This document shows, in pieces, positions 13,071-26,122 of a stretch of 64,000 nt of DNA; the stretch's first letter is position 1, and every line of letters begins with the position of its first letter. This stretch comes from Mytilus trossulus (lineage: Eukaryota): NCBI RefSeq assembly GCF_036588685.1, contig NC_086381.1, positions 61,752,001-61,816,000 on the forward strand. The letters are read 5' to 3'. A program made the translations under genes and the position numbers. The notes beneath the pieces were generated by a model that was given only the letters and a program-made list of their open reading frames with translations, searched no databases and had not been told where the DNA came from.

Positions 13071-13798
13071 TGTTCCGGACCATATGAGTATTTGGACCGT
13101 ACGCGTACGGTCTGATTAATATCATTGAGAAGTTGCTTAAGTTTATAAGTTACAAATGCATGTAAAGTTCATGTTAAGATCAACATAGCTTAACTCTCAA
13201 ATTAATATGGAAAAGTAAAATTGTAATTGGAATAAAATCTTTATTTTTTAACTATAGAAAAAATTCACGCTAATTAAATCTGTTAATATCTTGTATTTAG
13301 CATGTCGATCAGTAATACATTAATTGAATTATGATCATAGAAATTTACGACATCGGAAGAAAACATGATGTAGACGACAATTTTATAATATTAGAAACTT
13401 TACAAAAAATGCAAATGCAAAGAAACATGAATGGACTGCAAACATGTAAATGTAAAAAATATTACATTAATTGTTGTAGCAAGTGTCACCTTGGGCGAAA
13501 GTACCAAAATAGGATCCAGATATACAATTTTAACAAATATTTAATTTCAATTTATCAATTGTTCATTTTATCCATCTAATTGTAATGATAACAATTTATA
13601 AAACTGAAAATAAAGATTGTGATAAATGTTTGTTTAAATTTAACCCATATGATCCCAAACCATGCATGGTTGGCTCGTAATGGACCATACGCGTATACTC
13701 ATACGGTTCGACCGTACGCGTATGGTCGCACCGTTCAAGTAGACGTATACGGTCCGGACCGTACGCGTATGGTCAAAATACTCATATGGTCTGTAACC
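13071..13798. mobile_element. TIR MITE in TA-rich site (~730 bp)
   Basis: TIR gttccggaccatatgagtatttggaccgtacgcgtacggtc / gaccgtacgcgtatggtcaaaatactcatatggtctgtaac. Subterminal TACGCGTA palindromes. (TA)n flanks. Confidence 0.85.
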
Positions 13799-15479
13799 TA
13801 TATATTGAGCGTGGTGTTATTACGGAAATGTTAACCATTTTCAAATTTCTTCCGAAAATGGTGTCATTAAGGACTCTTTTTTTAAACAGTGCCAAGTTTG
13901 TGGGTTTTTAAACACTGCATATCAGGTTTTATCTTCCAGGTGCGAATATATACAAGTTAGTGAATTTATTCTGTTTGTAGTCTACTGGAACGTGTTACTT
14001 CCGAAGTAGAAGATTCTTTATCTGCAAGCTGTAAATTATTTCTTTAATATATACGGCATGAGGCAGACAATCGTTTACCCTATACAATGAATGCAATTAA
14101 AAAATGCAGATGATTTCAACTTTGACAATTACTTTATAATAAACTGTTACTGTATTTAATGTTTAACGTTTCGATAGATTGATAAAAATATCGATAAATA
14201 ATCGAAATACCCTGAAAAATGTTATTATATTTTGTTGTGACAAGGTTTAGTCCAACCCGATAGTTCCAAGCATTGCCAGAAATGCCCCTATGCTAGCAAC
14301 GTCGTTCTATAACGTTAGTTATAAATAATTCCCGCCAAAAATCGATTATAAAATTGTTTCCGTTTAAGCGGATTTAAAACATCGGTGACCCCCCATTTTT
14401 ATTTATGGTTTTAAAATCTTCCCTGAAGCTGCAACTTTTGCAGAAGTTTGAAGGAAAAAACATTAGTAGATTTTTTTATTTTCAAGAAAAATCTATAATA
14501 AATCGAAATTAAAAACGGCGGGAAATGTTCAAAGGCCTTGAAAATTAAGGAAACTGCGAAAAATAAATGTGTATAAGGTAAAAGTTACAATTGACTGTTA
14601 TAGTTTTACCAGTAAAACATCGTTTTTCAATAATTTTGACTTCAATTAGCAATTTAGAGCGCTATTTCTATATTTCGGTATAACGCGATTCTTTACTTTT
14701 TGATGACGTCATGTCTCGAAAATATCATCGGTGACCCCAAATTTTTTTTCGCCTAAAATATTGTAAAAAGTATGATCTGTCTTCATGCAAAATTACAATG
14801 AATTATTATTAGTAGTTTAAATAGATCTTTTACAAAAACTTAACCTACAACAGTTTACATTCTTTTAATCACACTTTAAATTCCGGCCTTGTTTTAGTTA
14901 TAAATTCTGCAGAAATGTACCCCTGTTCAATTTCGAATTAAAAAAATATATTTGGATGAATGGATAGCTGATTAGTGTCCAGTGGCGAATTTAATGCATA
15001 TTCAGAAAGAGAACATGTATAAATATAAACCCTAGTTCCGTGGTAATAGTCTGCAGAACGATATGGTTTCCTATCCTGTTAAGTTGTAGTTGCATTAACG
15101 TTACACACACAAACAATGTTTCAGAATAAACACATGAATTGCATCAATCTTTTTGAAACGGAAGAGAAGCAAACAGAAATTATCAGTGAAAACAAAGAAG
15201 AATTTAACATTAAACAGGGTTATAATCAAAAGCCCGATATATGTTAGATATCATGCATGTGACGAATATCAAACCTTGTTAAAGCACATTCAACGCAAGA
15301 AATGAAAGATCGGAATAAAATATTCATACCAATTTGGTAAGATCTTTGAAAAGAAAAATCTTAATGAAATCAAATTATATTCATCCTCAGAAATGTTGAA
15401 AGAATTGAAATTAAAAAGGTATTGTAAAATGAAAAGTAGATCAAAATATTATTTTACCTACACCGTAACCAAAACAAAA

Positions 15480-16258
15480 CTAGAGGCTCTAAAGAGCCTA
15501 CGTCACCTTCTTGGTCTATGTGCATGTTAAACAAAGGACACAGATAAATTCATGACACGATTGTTTTTGGTAATGGTTATGTGTTTGTAGATCTTACTTT
15601 ACTGAACATTATTGATGCTTACAATTATCTCTATCCATAATGAACTTGGACCTGTAGTTCAGTGGTAAATATTTTGTAAAAATTTACAAACTTTATGAAA
15701 ATTGTTAAAAATTTACTATAAAGAGCAATAACTTTTTGAGGGATCAATTGGTCATTTTGGACATGTTGACTTATTTGTAGGTCTTACTTTGCTGTACATT
15801 ATTGCTGTTTACAGTTTATCTCTATCTGTAATATCATTCAAGATGATAATCAAAAGCTGCAAAATTTTCTTAAAATAACAAATTAAGGGGCAGCACCTAA
15901 CAACAGATTGTCCGATTCATCAGAAAGTTTTAGGGCAGATAGAATGATGATGACCTAATAAACTTTTTTACTCCATGTCAAATTTGCACTTGATGCTTTT
16001 ATTTCAGAGAAAAAGCCAAAATCTACATGTTACCCTCTTTGTCCTATTATTAGCTACGGCGGCCATTTTGGTTAGTTGGGCGAGTCACCGAACATATTTT
16101 CAAACTAGTAACCCCAAGGACAATTGTGGCCACGTTTGGTTAAATTTTGCACAAAAGTTTCAGAGGAAAAGATTTGTGTAAAAGTTAACGACGACGGACG
16201 ACGACGGACGCTAAGTGATAAGAAAAGCTCACTTGGCCCTTCGGTCCAGGTGAGTTAA
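15480..16258 (-). mobile_element. HINE-like non-autonomous Helentron
   Basis: On the minus strand: 5' ctcac-ctggaccgaagggccaa-gtgag hairpin, (CGT/CGTC)n microsatellite, two internal repeats (tttgtag(a/g)tcttacttt...), 3' palindrome ggctctttagagcc then ctag-TT. Sits in T/A runs. Confidence 0.8.
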
Positions 16259-16649
16259 AAAATAAAACAACACCAAAAACAAAATGTGTTTTCTCTTGCG
16301 TAATTCATGACGACTATTCGAGAGAGGGGTACTCTGCACGGAAAATTCATGGCGAACAATAACAATTTGTCTCAACTAAGTCGCTGTAACTGCTGGTAAA
16401 ATGTTAGTTTTTTGGAGGTCTTTCAAAGTTCTTTTATAAGTAAAGATTGTAAATAATTTGTTTGTAAAATTTGTAATTGTTCTAAACCTTTGCATTAAAT
16501 ATCAACTACAGCAAAGTTGATTTTCTTTGAAAAATCCAGTTGTATTGACATTAAAGTTGGTCATGGTGTTCACTAATCGTCTCATACTAACAGTATATAC
16601 TGTTTGAATTAAAAAGAAACCATTTAATATGTTTACGTGATTTTATTAA

Positions 16650-16888
16650 CTATTTTGTACAAACAACGCATCGTACATCTGTAGCATCTTTGTATGGAGG
16701 GCACCTCAAACTGCCACATTTGGTTCTGATTCCATAGAATAAAGCCCCGTTTTCGTCTCCAGTTTTATTGTCGAGAGGTTCGGCATCTTTGTCAACACAT
16801 GCATAATCCTTACTGCTGTAAGTCTTATAATCTGTCATTAGGAAACCACTGTACTCGGATGTCCATCCCTTGTAACATGTTTTTCTAC
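16650..16888 (-). CDS. Exon 4 (terminal) of C4-like gene
   Basis: Acceptor tttacag. Encodes GRKTCYKGW...CVVCTK, then TAG at 16652-16650. Confidence 0.92.
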
Positions 16889-19817
16889 CTGTAAATTGAA
16901 CAATTGTGTTTACTATAACTTATACTGCACTCGTTCTATTTGAGCAGTCAAAATGCGTTGACTGTATATTTCTATGTCATATACAGTCACTGACCTGATA
17001 TCACTTTTCCTCATGAATATTTAAACAGAAATTGCCGAAATTGTAATTTATTATTCATACGACCTATTCAACCTGTTCTTGTTTTCAATGTATACAACAA
17101 CTCAAACTTCTTTCTTTTACAATTTTTAGAAAACAAATATTCCACTTAAATCATTATGTTTTATGCTTATAGTTGATATTTTAGTTTATTCTTAAACAAT
17201 AATTCCTTCACCATCGATTAAATGTTTCATTAGGATCATTAGGAAATGTACATTTCCTTGTGTTGTATATTTCTCCGCCTGCATGATATGAGGCCTTTTT
17301 TTTTTTATAAAAGCGGGAGTTTCCCAATGTTTAAATCAAATAATAAAATTAACACATTAAACAACTATTGAAAATGGTTTTTTTTAGATTGCAGTATAAA
17401 GACAATAATAGTGCATTGACTTGACATATCAACGATATAAGGATTCGGCACGAAATGGGGAAAATGCTCGGCATAGCCTCGCTTTCCCCGTTTCTAAGCC
17501 TCGTCCTAATATCGTTGATATGTCAAATCAATGCACTATTATTGTCTATTTATAAGGTCGTTGTTGTGATGATCTTTTAATCACTACTTTGTTGATCAAA
17601 TGCATATATGTTATTGACTTATGTTCTTAAATCAACAGCTACCAAATAAAAGTTTGTTGATTATCAGTCAGCTATAGCTGCAGTTTTTACTTTTTGCAAA
17701 CTTAATCAACAGGTAAGGTAACTTTTTCGTTTTAATTTGTTTAAATGTATCTTGTTTTATTGTATAATGGCGAATAATTGAAAAGCTTTACCACAAACAG
17801 AAACCTATTCATCTAAATTTTATTAAGACTTTTAAATGATAAGGAAACACACATTATGATAAACGTCAATAACAATAAAATCTAATAATATCAACTGCAA
17901 AATAAATAATCCAACTATACCTGGAATCATCACATGAACCGATCTTCTTCTTTGGAAACAAACAGCGCATGGTACTTCTTTGTTTTGCATATCTGCTTTC
18001 ATTCCTGATGGTTTGTATGATGAACCAAACTCATATTCCGAACCATATAATTGGTCGTTTTCAGTTTTCTGTGACTCTCCATTTTCCGGGTCATTTGGTA
18101 GACATAGATAGTTGACACCTCCAGCTTTGTTTCTATAGTCATTTCCGCCAACCTGCCCTACGTTACAGAAATGTGTTAAATTTTTCATTATGAAAAGAAA
18201 AGTACAAAACATCGAAATAATTCAGTACTATTGTAGTGTATCATTGACATTAATTTTGTATATATAAATTTAGTAAAGACTTGGTGAACGGTAGAAAAAG
18301 GGGGGTTGAGGCGGTTAACAATACAAACGTGTTGTACATTATGTAGTGGGGGGGTAAACAATTTAGAGATTAAGTACATATATAACTCTTTCAAAACATT
18401 TTTAAAAACACAAATGCATACCCTATCATTTATTTTTTCACAAAAGATATACCTTTTGCAATCTTACTTTCAAGGGCAGATACATATATTTGACAAATAT
18501 CTCGACATGCATTTTCAACTGTCGTAGTCTCATGTTAGAAATAAAAATCGACACAAAATATATGTCATTTGCTTATGATTCAGTCAACCTTGTCATATAT
18601 TTTATCTTAATTTTTGACTTTATGACATATCATAAAACTTTAAAAAGTGACATGTTCTAATGGGTCATCCATGCCGTCTATCACCAAGTGACCCCTTCCT
18701 CATAAAAACGAGATCAAAATGGTCATGCTTACATTAATAATCTACAGCTTGACTTTTTAAGAATAAAAATGAGTGAGTGTACGTCAATCTTGAAAATTTG
18801 TCGAACTAAGTTTGTACATATATTTATTGTCTCGTTTTTTTTTTACAAAAATCATGGCTAGTTAAAATATATTAATCTTGATACTTTTGGCAGCCCAATT
18901 TTCCCAATGGATTAACAAAGAAGTGGAAAGAGGTCCTGTATCAGAACTGTATATTATGTATTTATTTTCTTTTGCTTACCTGTATAAACCATATCTACTC
19001 CTTTCGGACATCCTTTCTTACCCCAACGTATATATGTAACACCTAAAAATGTACGTAAATAAACAGTAATAGTTAAGTGTGTTGATTTGCAAAATATATT
19101 ATTAATTTCGCCTCTAAATTCAAAATTACGTGCTTATGATACATTATGCTGATCTGATTAAAATGAAATTATTTAAATTTGAAATTGCATGCACAACCAG
19201 ATTCATAAAGCACGAATACAGAGCTTTTTGATAATTTCTTCATGTACTTTGTATGTCTCTCCTCCTCTCACAAGCAAAGCGGATATTCATAAAAATATTT
19301 GTTTGGCAGGAATTGGTATCGGTGGGTGATCTTTGATTGTAAATTGATCCTTTTCTTTTTTTAATTTTAAACATATTAAAATTAAATATGTTTTGTTCAG
19401 CTGCATTATGTCATCATCTAAAATAATATATTTTATTATTGAAAAGATGCAATATCTTTTGTGTATTTTTTTCTTTTTAAATTAGTTTTATGTTTCAATC
19501 TTTTGTATAAAATTGTGTATACATTTTTTTTCTTGTTGTTTTCTTTCTTTCGTTCTTGCTTTGTCTTGTTTTGTATTGTTTTGTTTTATTTTCCTTTTTA
19601 AAATCTATTTTCTTGACATAAGTTATACATATTAAACGTTCATGCCTGAAGCAACCGGCCTTCCTGTTGAAATGCCTTCCTCTTTTCTAGTTGTACGAAG
19701 ATAATGCTTCATTAGAAAAGACTGGTCAGATGCCGATAAGTCATAATCTTTACAATCATGACACTGGACAAGCACCAGGCTTGTTGTTACAATAACTACC
19801 AAAGCTGACAGGAACAT
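16650..19817 (-). CDS. Secreted Cys-rich short-chain collagen C4-like protein, 236 aa, 4 coding exons: join(19817-19646,19042-18980,18157-17921,16888-16650)
   Basis: Exons of 172+63+237+239=711 nt splice in frame, all introns phase 1. Product: MFLSALVVIVTTSLVLVQC (signal-like)...GVTYIRWGKKGCP...VYTGQVGG...GGVNYLCLPNDP...LYGSEYE...EVPCAVC...MIPGRKTCYKGWTSEYSGFLM...YACVD...GALFY...CGSLRCPPY...VRCVVCTK*. These are the motifs of the invertebrate short-chain collagen C4-like domain. No Gly-X-Y repeats. Minus-strand AATAAA at 16647-16642. Confidence 0.9.
17396..17553. mobile_element. Hairpin end of an intronic element (intron 3 of the C4-like gene; element may extend back to ~16915)
   Basis: Arms agacaataatagtgcattgacttgacatatcaacgatat / atatcgttgatatgtcaaatcaatgcactattattgtct around the loop ggcatagcc. 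Confidence 0.75.
17921..18157 (-). CDS. Exon 3 of C4-like gene
   Basis: Acceptor cgtag, donor CCAG|gtatag. Encodes NYLCLP, YGSEYE, VPCAVC, MIPG. Confidence 0.92.
18980..19042 (-). CDS. Exon 2 of C4-like gene (GVTYIRWGKKGCPKGVDMVYTG)
   Basis: Acceptor tttttag, donor ACAG|gtaagc, conserved YxRWG..C motif. Too short to appear in the ORF track. Confidence 0.9.
19646..19817 (-). CDS. Exon 1 of C4-like gene (signal peptide and low-complexity linker)
   Basis: ATG at 19817, hydrophobic N-terminus ending VQC. Best phase-1 donor is CAG|GCATGA (GC donor) at 19646/19645. Confidence 0.75.
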
Positions 19818-22598
19818 GTTTGCTACTACAACAAATGTAAACACGATGTATAAGACATTCTTAAATATCTGTCAATGCAACACTTTAAAAAAGAGCTTTA
19901 CGACTCAGTGGTTGACAAGGGAAGCATCCATCATTCTGTTGATGCTGTTTTCATGCGTACATGTATACTTATATTTTATTAAAGGAGAAAAGTAATGTTT
20001 GCATAGTTCTCTATACTATTTGTTTTTTGTAGTTTAAATATAATTAGTGCAGTATGTTCAAATTACTCAACGATTAAAATGTTTAGTCATTCAATTTCAA
20101 ATTGATAAGAAAAAAATGGAACGCCGCGACAACTTGAGGTACAGACCTTGTTGATCTGAAAGACTCACAACAATGTAACAGTTGTTGCGGCTGTTTATTC
20201 CATTGCAGGATTAAAGCAGTTCAGTTCATGTTCAGTTTGTACATGACTAATGAATTCAAGACAGATATATTGATGTTTATCGGACAAATGTCGTATATTT
20301 AATAAAAAAAGAGTTAAATTCATGTAAATAGTACAGAATCAAAAATCGAATAGGGTTGTGTTTTAATGTGGAATCGAGATGGCCAAATTCAAAAAGTATA
20401 TCAAAAGTATAATAACATAGTTCTTGATAGCAACATCTTATAAAAAGAAATTATGTCAGTTACTTTGTGTAATACAAATGAATGTTTTTTTCCTGTGAAT
20501 CAAATACAGTTCATATATATATATATAGTCATTTCGGGGCCTTTTATATAGCAGACTATGCGGTATGGGTCTTGCTCATTGATGAAGACCGTACGGTGAC
20601 TTATAGTTGTTAATTTGTGTGTCGTGCTGTCTCATTTTCAATTATACCACACCTTCTTTTTTATATTTGTTCGTAAAATGTAAAATGTTGATACTCTGAC
20701 CGAGGGCGCACATTAAATAATGTCAGTTTTATTGTATAAATCCTTGCTCTGACTCGTATGCAGTTTGCAATTTTTTGAAGTTCAAGCGCAATTATTTTAT
20801 CAACTACCAGGAAGACACATATGAAACATCATATTAAATGATGTTACGTTTTTTTTATGAACAACATTTTTCACTTTTTATCCTTTTTCATTTGATGCAT
20901 TGTCCAAAACATAAATACATCTGTCTTGAATTTATTAGTCATGTTCAAATGTACAGTGACCTTTAAACTATTATAGACGCATACACACGTTGAGTTTGTA
21001 TGTTTATGCAAGAGGAAACTTCAGAGAGTCAATAGTGAATGTTAAAAAGAGGAAACATAGAATAAGTGATGAAAATAATTCGTAATAGAAAAAAGGTCAA
21101 AGAAAACAAAAATAAGTCAAAATGACACAAAAGGTGTACTTCGTACTAATAAATAGACGTTCGTAAAAAATCAATAAGAAATAGCATACCTTTTTATTCT
21201 GTTGTTGTCACACTTAAAAGTCAAAGTACAGTCTGTATATGGAGTTGTGCTTGAAATTAGCATACATACGTGTGGACTGTATGGCCTAGCAGTATATTCA
21301 CACAATACATGTACATCTGTTGTTATAACGTAAATGAGAAGATTGCATGTATGGTGTATTGATTAAGTATAATGTTAACATATACATGTATTCCAAAGGT
21401 TACAAAACTAAATGCGCTTACGCTTGCATTTCTTTCCATAGTCAAATATGCCAGGAGTAATACAGAAAAGTTCGTTCATAGAGTAACAAGGACAAGTTTT
21501 CATGTTCTGAATGCTGCATTAAGGATACATTTACTGCGTGTGGTGCAACTTTCAAAATAATTAATTTTAGAAAGCATCAACCGAAACTTAAATGAGTTTA
21601 TTTAGCACAGATAATCTTCGTTCATATTGACATGTCTTGGTGTCTTTGTTTCAACTGTTACTTTTTGTACACGTATATACACTTCTGAAAAGCTTGTCTC
21701 AGCTAACATTTAGTAAAAGTGGGGTTCGTGTTCTTTATTCTTTAGTTTTCTATGTTGTGTCATGTGTACTATTGTTTGTCTGTTTGTCTTTTTCATTTTT
21801 AGCCATGGCGTTGTCCGTTTGTTTTAGAGTTTGACTGTCCCTTTGGTATATTTCGTCCCTCTTTTAGTTCAGTCTTTAACTGTTGGCAAGATCTGTTGGC
21901 AACTCAGGGCAACTGAGATGATCCCGGATTTTTATAGGGGCTCGTGCAGCTCACGCTTTATTTTCTATGTTGTGTTTTGTGTACTGTTGTATCTTTTTTC
22001 TCAATTTTTCGCCGTGGCATCAAATTGTCAGTTTGATTACGACTAATGATTTTTTTTTAGTATGCCTTGTGTATAAGACAATTGTAGATGTTAAGATTGA
22101 TCAAGATCATAGTTTTTGTCATTATTTTATCGTATTATATATGCTTGACATACATGTACCTGCGATACTCTGTATGAAGGTTTAAACTAAACGAACAGAG
22201 GCAAAAGATGATTGGGGCAAGGTCTTCAAAATCACATGGCAATGTGTCTGGTAATATTGGAAGCTTCTTCGTATCTATAAATATATAGACAATTGGAAGC
22301 ATCTTCGCATCTACAGTAAGTGTAAGTATATGGGTTGTCACATATCTGCAAAATTTCTAGTATCCAATTAGGAATAAATGCAAAGAGAGATATAAATACT
22401 TGTATGTTAAATAGTTCTAATAAGATATCTACTGGTACCATTTAACTTATATACAAAACGTATATGACTTTTGTATACACTGTACATTTGTACCTCTTTC
22501 GGTTTTGTAACGATTGTTTCTGTGTAAAAATCTTGCATTATGTTTCCTTAAGATACATTATCTTTGTTGTAGGTTCAAGTTCACCTAAATGTATATAT

Positions 22599-23226
22599 AT
22601 TTGAGAGCCCAGGTGGTCGTGTGGTCGTGTGGTCTAGCGGGACGGCTGCAGTGCAGGCGATTTGGTGTCACGATATCACAGTAGCATGGGTTCGAATCCC
22701 GGCGAGGGAGGAACTAAAAATTTGCGAAAGCAAATTTACAGATCTAACATTGTTGGGTTGATGTTTAGACGAGTTGTATATACATTATGTACACAGCCAT
22801 GTATCACCATCATTGATGGCGATCCGATGGATACATCTGTTGTAGGTCTGTCACTGACTCAGACATACTTATGAATATAATTATTTTCTGTGACTGTATC
22901 TTACATTAATTTGTAGGATCCTTTACTATAGATAATTTAGCTGATCTGTAACCATAACATCTTCATGCCTTATATATCATGTACTGTAGTACGCCGCTAG
23001 ATTAAAACTGACGTGGAAAGGTAACACATGGCCAGCGAAAGCTCTTTATTTGAGAGCCCAGGTGGTCGTGTGGTCTAGCGGGACGGCTGCAGTGCAGGCT
23101 ATTTGGTGTCAAGATAGCACAGTAGCATGGGTTCGAATCCCGGCGAGGGAAGAACCAAAAATTTGCAAAAGCAAATTTACAGATCTAACATTGATGGGTT
23201 GATGTTTAGACGAGTTACATATATAC
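22599..23226 (+). mobile_element. tRNA-headed partial-tandem retroelement: two ~175-bp direct repeats (22599-22782, 23049-23226) separated by ~270 bp
   Basis: Each repeat has a Pol III A-box-like tggtcgtgtgg and a perfect B box ggttcgaatcc, a stem-loop aaatttgc-gaaa-gcaaattt, and a (TA)-rich tail. Absent from copy A (~5190). Confidence 0.85.
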
Positions 23227-25892
23227 ATGTAGACAAATTTTAAATATTATTATCAATCTATTTTGTTGTTTTATCTTTTTATGCTATTTACCAGCAAATG
23301 TTATAGGCCTTATACTTCTTAAAAATGCATCTATCAATATAAAGTTATTGCTTTGTCCTAAGTTTTACAAAGTTTGTGGTTATACTGTCAAATATATGGA
23401 TATATTTGCACTTCTTATATAATTAATTCCATGCATAAGTATGCAACAAAGCCATGACAGTCAGGTTACAACAAATTACCTCTTTTTGAAAGAATTAAGG
23501 TAAAATAAATCAAATAGTAATCTTCGCATCAAAAATCTGAACAGTGTGCAATGTTTATTCTTAGAAAAAAAGAATCGTCAAATAAACGAAAAAGTAAGCT
23601 GAAATAAATACTATTCAAGTTAGTTCTTATTATCGTTCTTAGTCCGCTGCTAATGCTAGAATAAACAATAAATTCTATTGAAATATTCTTATTTTTGCAT
23701 GATATAGTTACGAATCACATTTTTAACATCCGTATCAACCGTACCATATATATTTAGACATGTAAAAATTAAAATCACAAAAAAAATGAACTCCTAGGAA
23801 ACTCAAAACGGAAAGTCCGTTATCCAAAGGCAAAATCAAACGACAAAATCCACCAAACGAACGGACAACAACCGTCATATTCCTGACTTCGTACGGGCAT
23901 TTTTAAATGAAGAAAATGGTGGATTAAATCAGATTTGATAACGCTAAACCTCTCTCGTGTATGACAGTCGTTTCAAATTCCGTTATTTTTACGACGATGC
24001 GTGAACAAAACAGACACAATAGGTAAACTAGTCAAAATATGGTTACAGCAGTCATCACTGCGTTACAATCTCGAAACAAACAAACAAGCACAAAAAGCAT
24101 CTATCAAACTAAAGAAAGCATTTGTTGTAAAATACACTAATTTTATAGTTATTTTCCTCATTATTCGTCTGTTTGGTTCTACAAACTGAATTGAATACAA
24201 GAAAGCATTCTGACAATTATCGGTTAAGGTGTTGCTCATTGCTGAAGGTCGTGCGGTGGCCTAAAGTTGCTAACTTCTATGGTATAAGGTATCTACTGTC
24301 GAAAAAAACATACCATCTTTTACACAAGTCTACACCAACTCAGCGCATGCATTATACTATAATAGTTCGCTCACTGAGGTACAAATTAACTATTGGCTAA
24401 TTTTGATTTAATCAAACCTTTTTTGCCACTATTTAATATTTTTCAATCGAACACAAGACATATTTCTTTTAACAATACGGTTATAGTACAAGCATAATTA
24501 TGATGCCCTCTGATCTGGTATGAATTGTCGTTAAGTTCGTAAAATGAGTTGCAAGACAGACACAAACAATAGAGAAAAGGTTTATACATGAAGTTTGTGT
24601 TGTTCAGGTTTTAGGTTTTAGTTTTATATGGAAACTTTGTTTATTTCATCTTCATGTAATGTTTACACTGTTGTCTTAAAAGTTGTACGATCTTCAACTT
24701 ATTTGTTGCATTGCCCCCTTGGTGCATGTCCATTGGTAAATTAATGAACTTAATCATTTTGAAACTTCATTATATTAGTTATATTCGTGTTTCGTGTCCC
24801 CTTGTAACTGAATGTTTTCCTTTTTCAATGAATTTAGCCTCACCGAGTCTTAAGTTTCAATATTGTTTTCATGTTTGACATTCCGTGTCTCGTCCTTTTT
24901 ACTTGAGGTCATTTCGATGTATTGCTCTCGCCTAAATTTCCATTATGCATAAATTATGCAAATTAGTTTGGGGTTTTCAACAGATCTATAACAATTATAG
25001 ATCCGCTGTCATTACAAGTGAAAAAAAATGCATTTTCTATACCTGCAATTCCGTTTTCCGTTCATACGATGTTTCAAAAAAATATGGAATCATTTCAGTT
25101 GTTGGTTAAGTACTGAAAATTTGACTGAATTATCTTTAATTAAATACGGGTCTATATGTTTCATTGGATTGTTAAGAAAGAGGTCAAGGGCTCTTGTTCA
25201 TTCCTAAATGTAACGTACAATCAAAACCACTACACAGGTCACACAGGTTATACATATGTAGTGCCAAATGATAACCTGTAATATAAAAAAACAGACTTAC
25301 AACAACAGATGGAAGTTATTAACGACCTTGACCTTGTACCGTCAGTTGACAAACTTAACCGACTCCCCTCACCAATGGACCTGCAATTTATTTCACATGT
25401 TTTCGAAATATTGAAGACAATAATAATAATAATAATAATAATTCTTAATTTAACCAAGGTAACACATTAAACAAGATCATTTTTCGCAATGTTTCCTAAA
25501 AAATGATAAATGTCAAAGTAACATAGAGCTGTGTGTTCTTGTTCGTATAATGACTATTTAATGTCATGTTTGTCTGTGTTGACCCCCTATTTTGGGATTG
25601 CATCAGAATTATAGTCATATCGTATCGCATGAGCATGACACATATCAACTGAGCAATTATGGTTGGGACTTAGTTTTAAGAAATGATGTCAAAGTAACAT
25701 TATGAAAATATTTTTGTAAGCTGAAATATATATTTATTTTTTACATGTTTATGTCTTGTAAGATATTTTATTTTTGTCCCGTTTTTCAACATTTGCGTTT
25801 GGAAAGTTGAAATGTTTTAACTGAATGGTTAATTTAAATTAATTTAGAAAATTGTTAAAATTTAATCAATAAAGGAAAGCATTGCCCAGTTA

Positions 25893-26122
25893 GGGATGAC
25901 ATCAAAAGATCAATGTAGGATAAATAAAAAAAAACTAAAATCAAATAGCTCCGGGGTAGGGGTTAAACTGTTGCAAGTTTTGTTTATCCCACATTGATTT
26001 TTACATATCCATATTGGTCAATCAATTTTTCCAAAATTAAGTTAAAGAGGGGGGAGGGGGGTCAGGGAAAAAACTATGTGAATTAAGTTTTTTATCCTTC
26101 ATTGAACTTTTGATGTCGTCCC
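25893..26122. mobile_element. MITE with TTA TSD (PIF/Harbinger- or Zator-type)
   Basis: TIR gggatgacatcaaaagatcaatg / cattgaacttttgatgtcgtccc, TTA on both sides. Truncated paralog at 8516-8701 and another partial copy at ~29551-29650. Confidence 0.8.

Noticed and set aside
17315-17324. kappaB-like site GGGAGTTTCC in intron 3
   Set aside because: Single degenerate match, probably inside a mobile element. Expected by chance in 64 kb.
22606-22708. Functional tRNA gene (A and B boxes present; second copy at 23056-23150)
   Set aside because: No acceptor-stem pairing or regular cloverleaf, over-long A-to-B spacing, and it is part of a polymorphic insertion. Treated as a tRNA-derived head.
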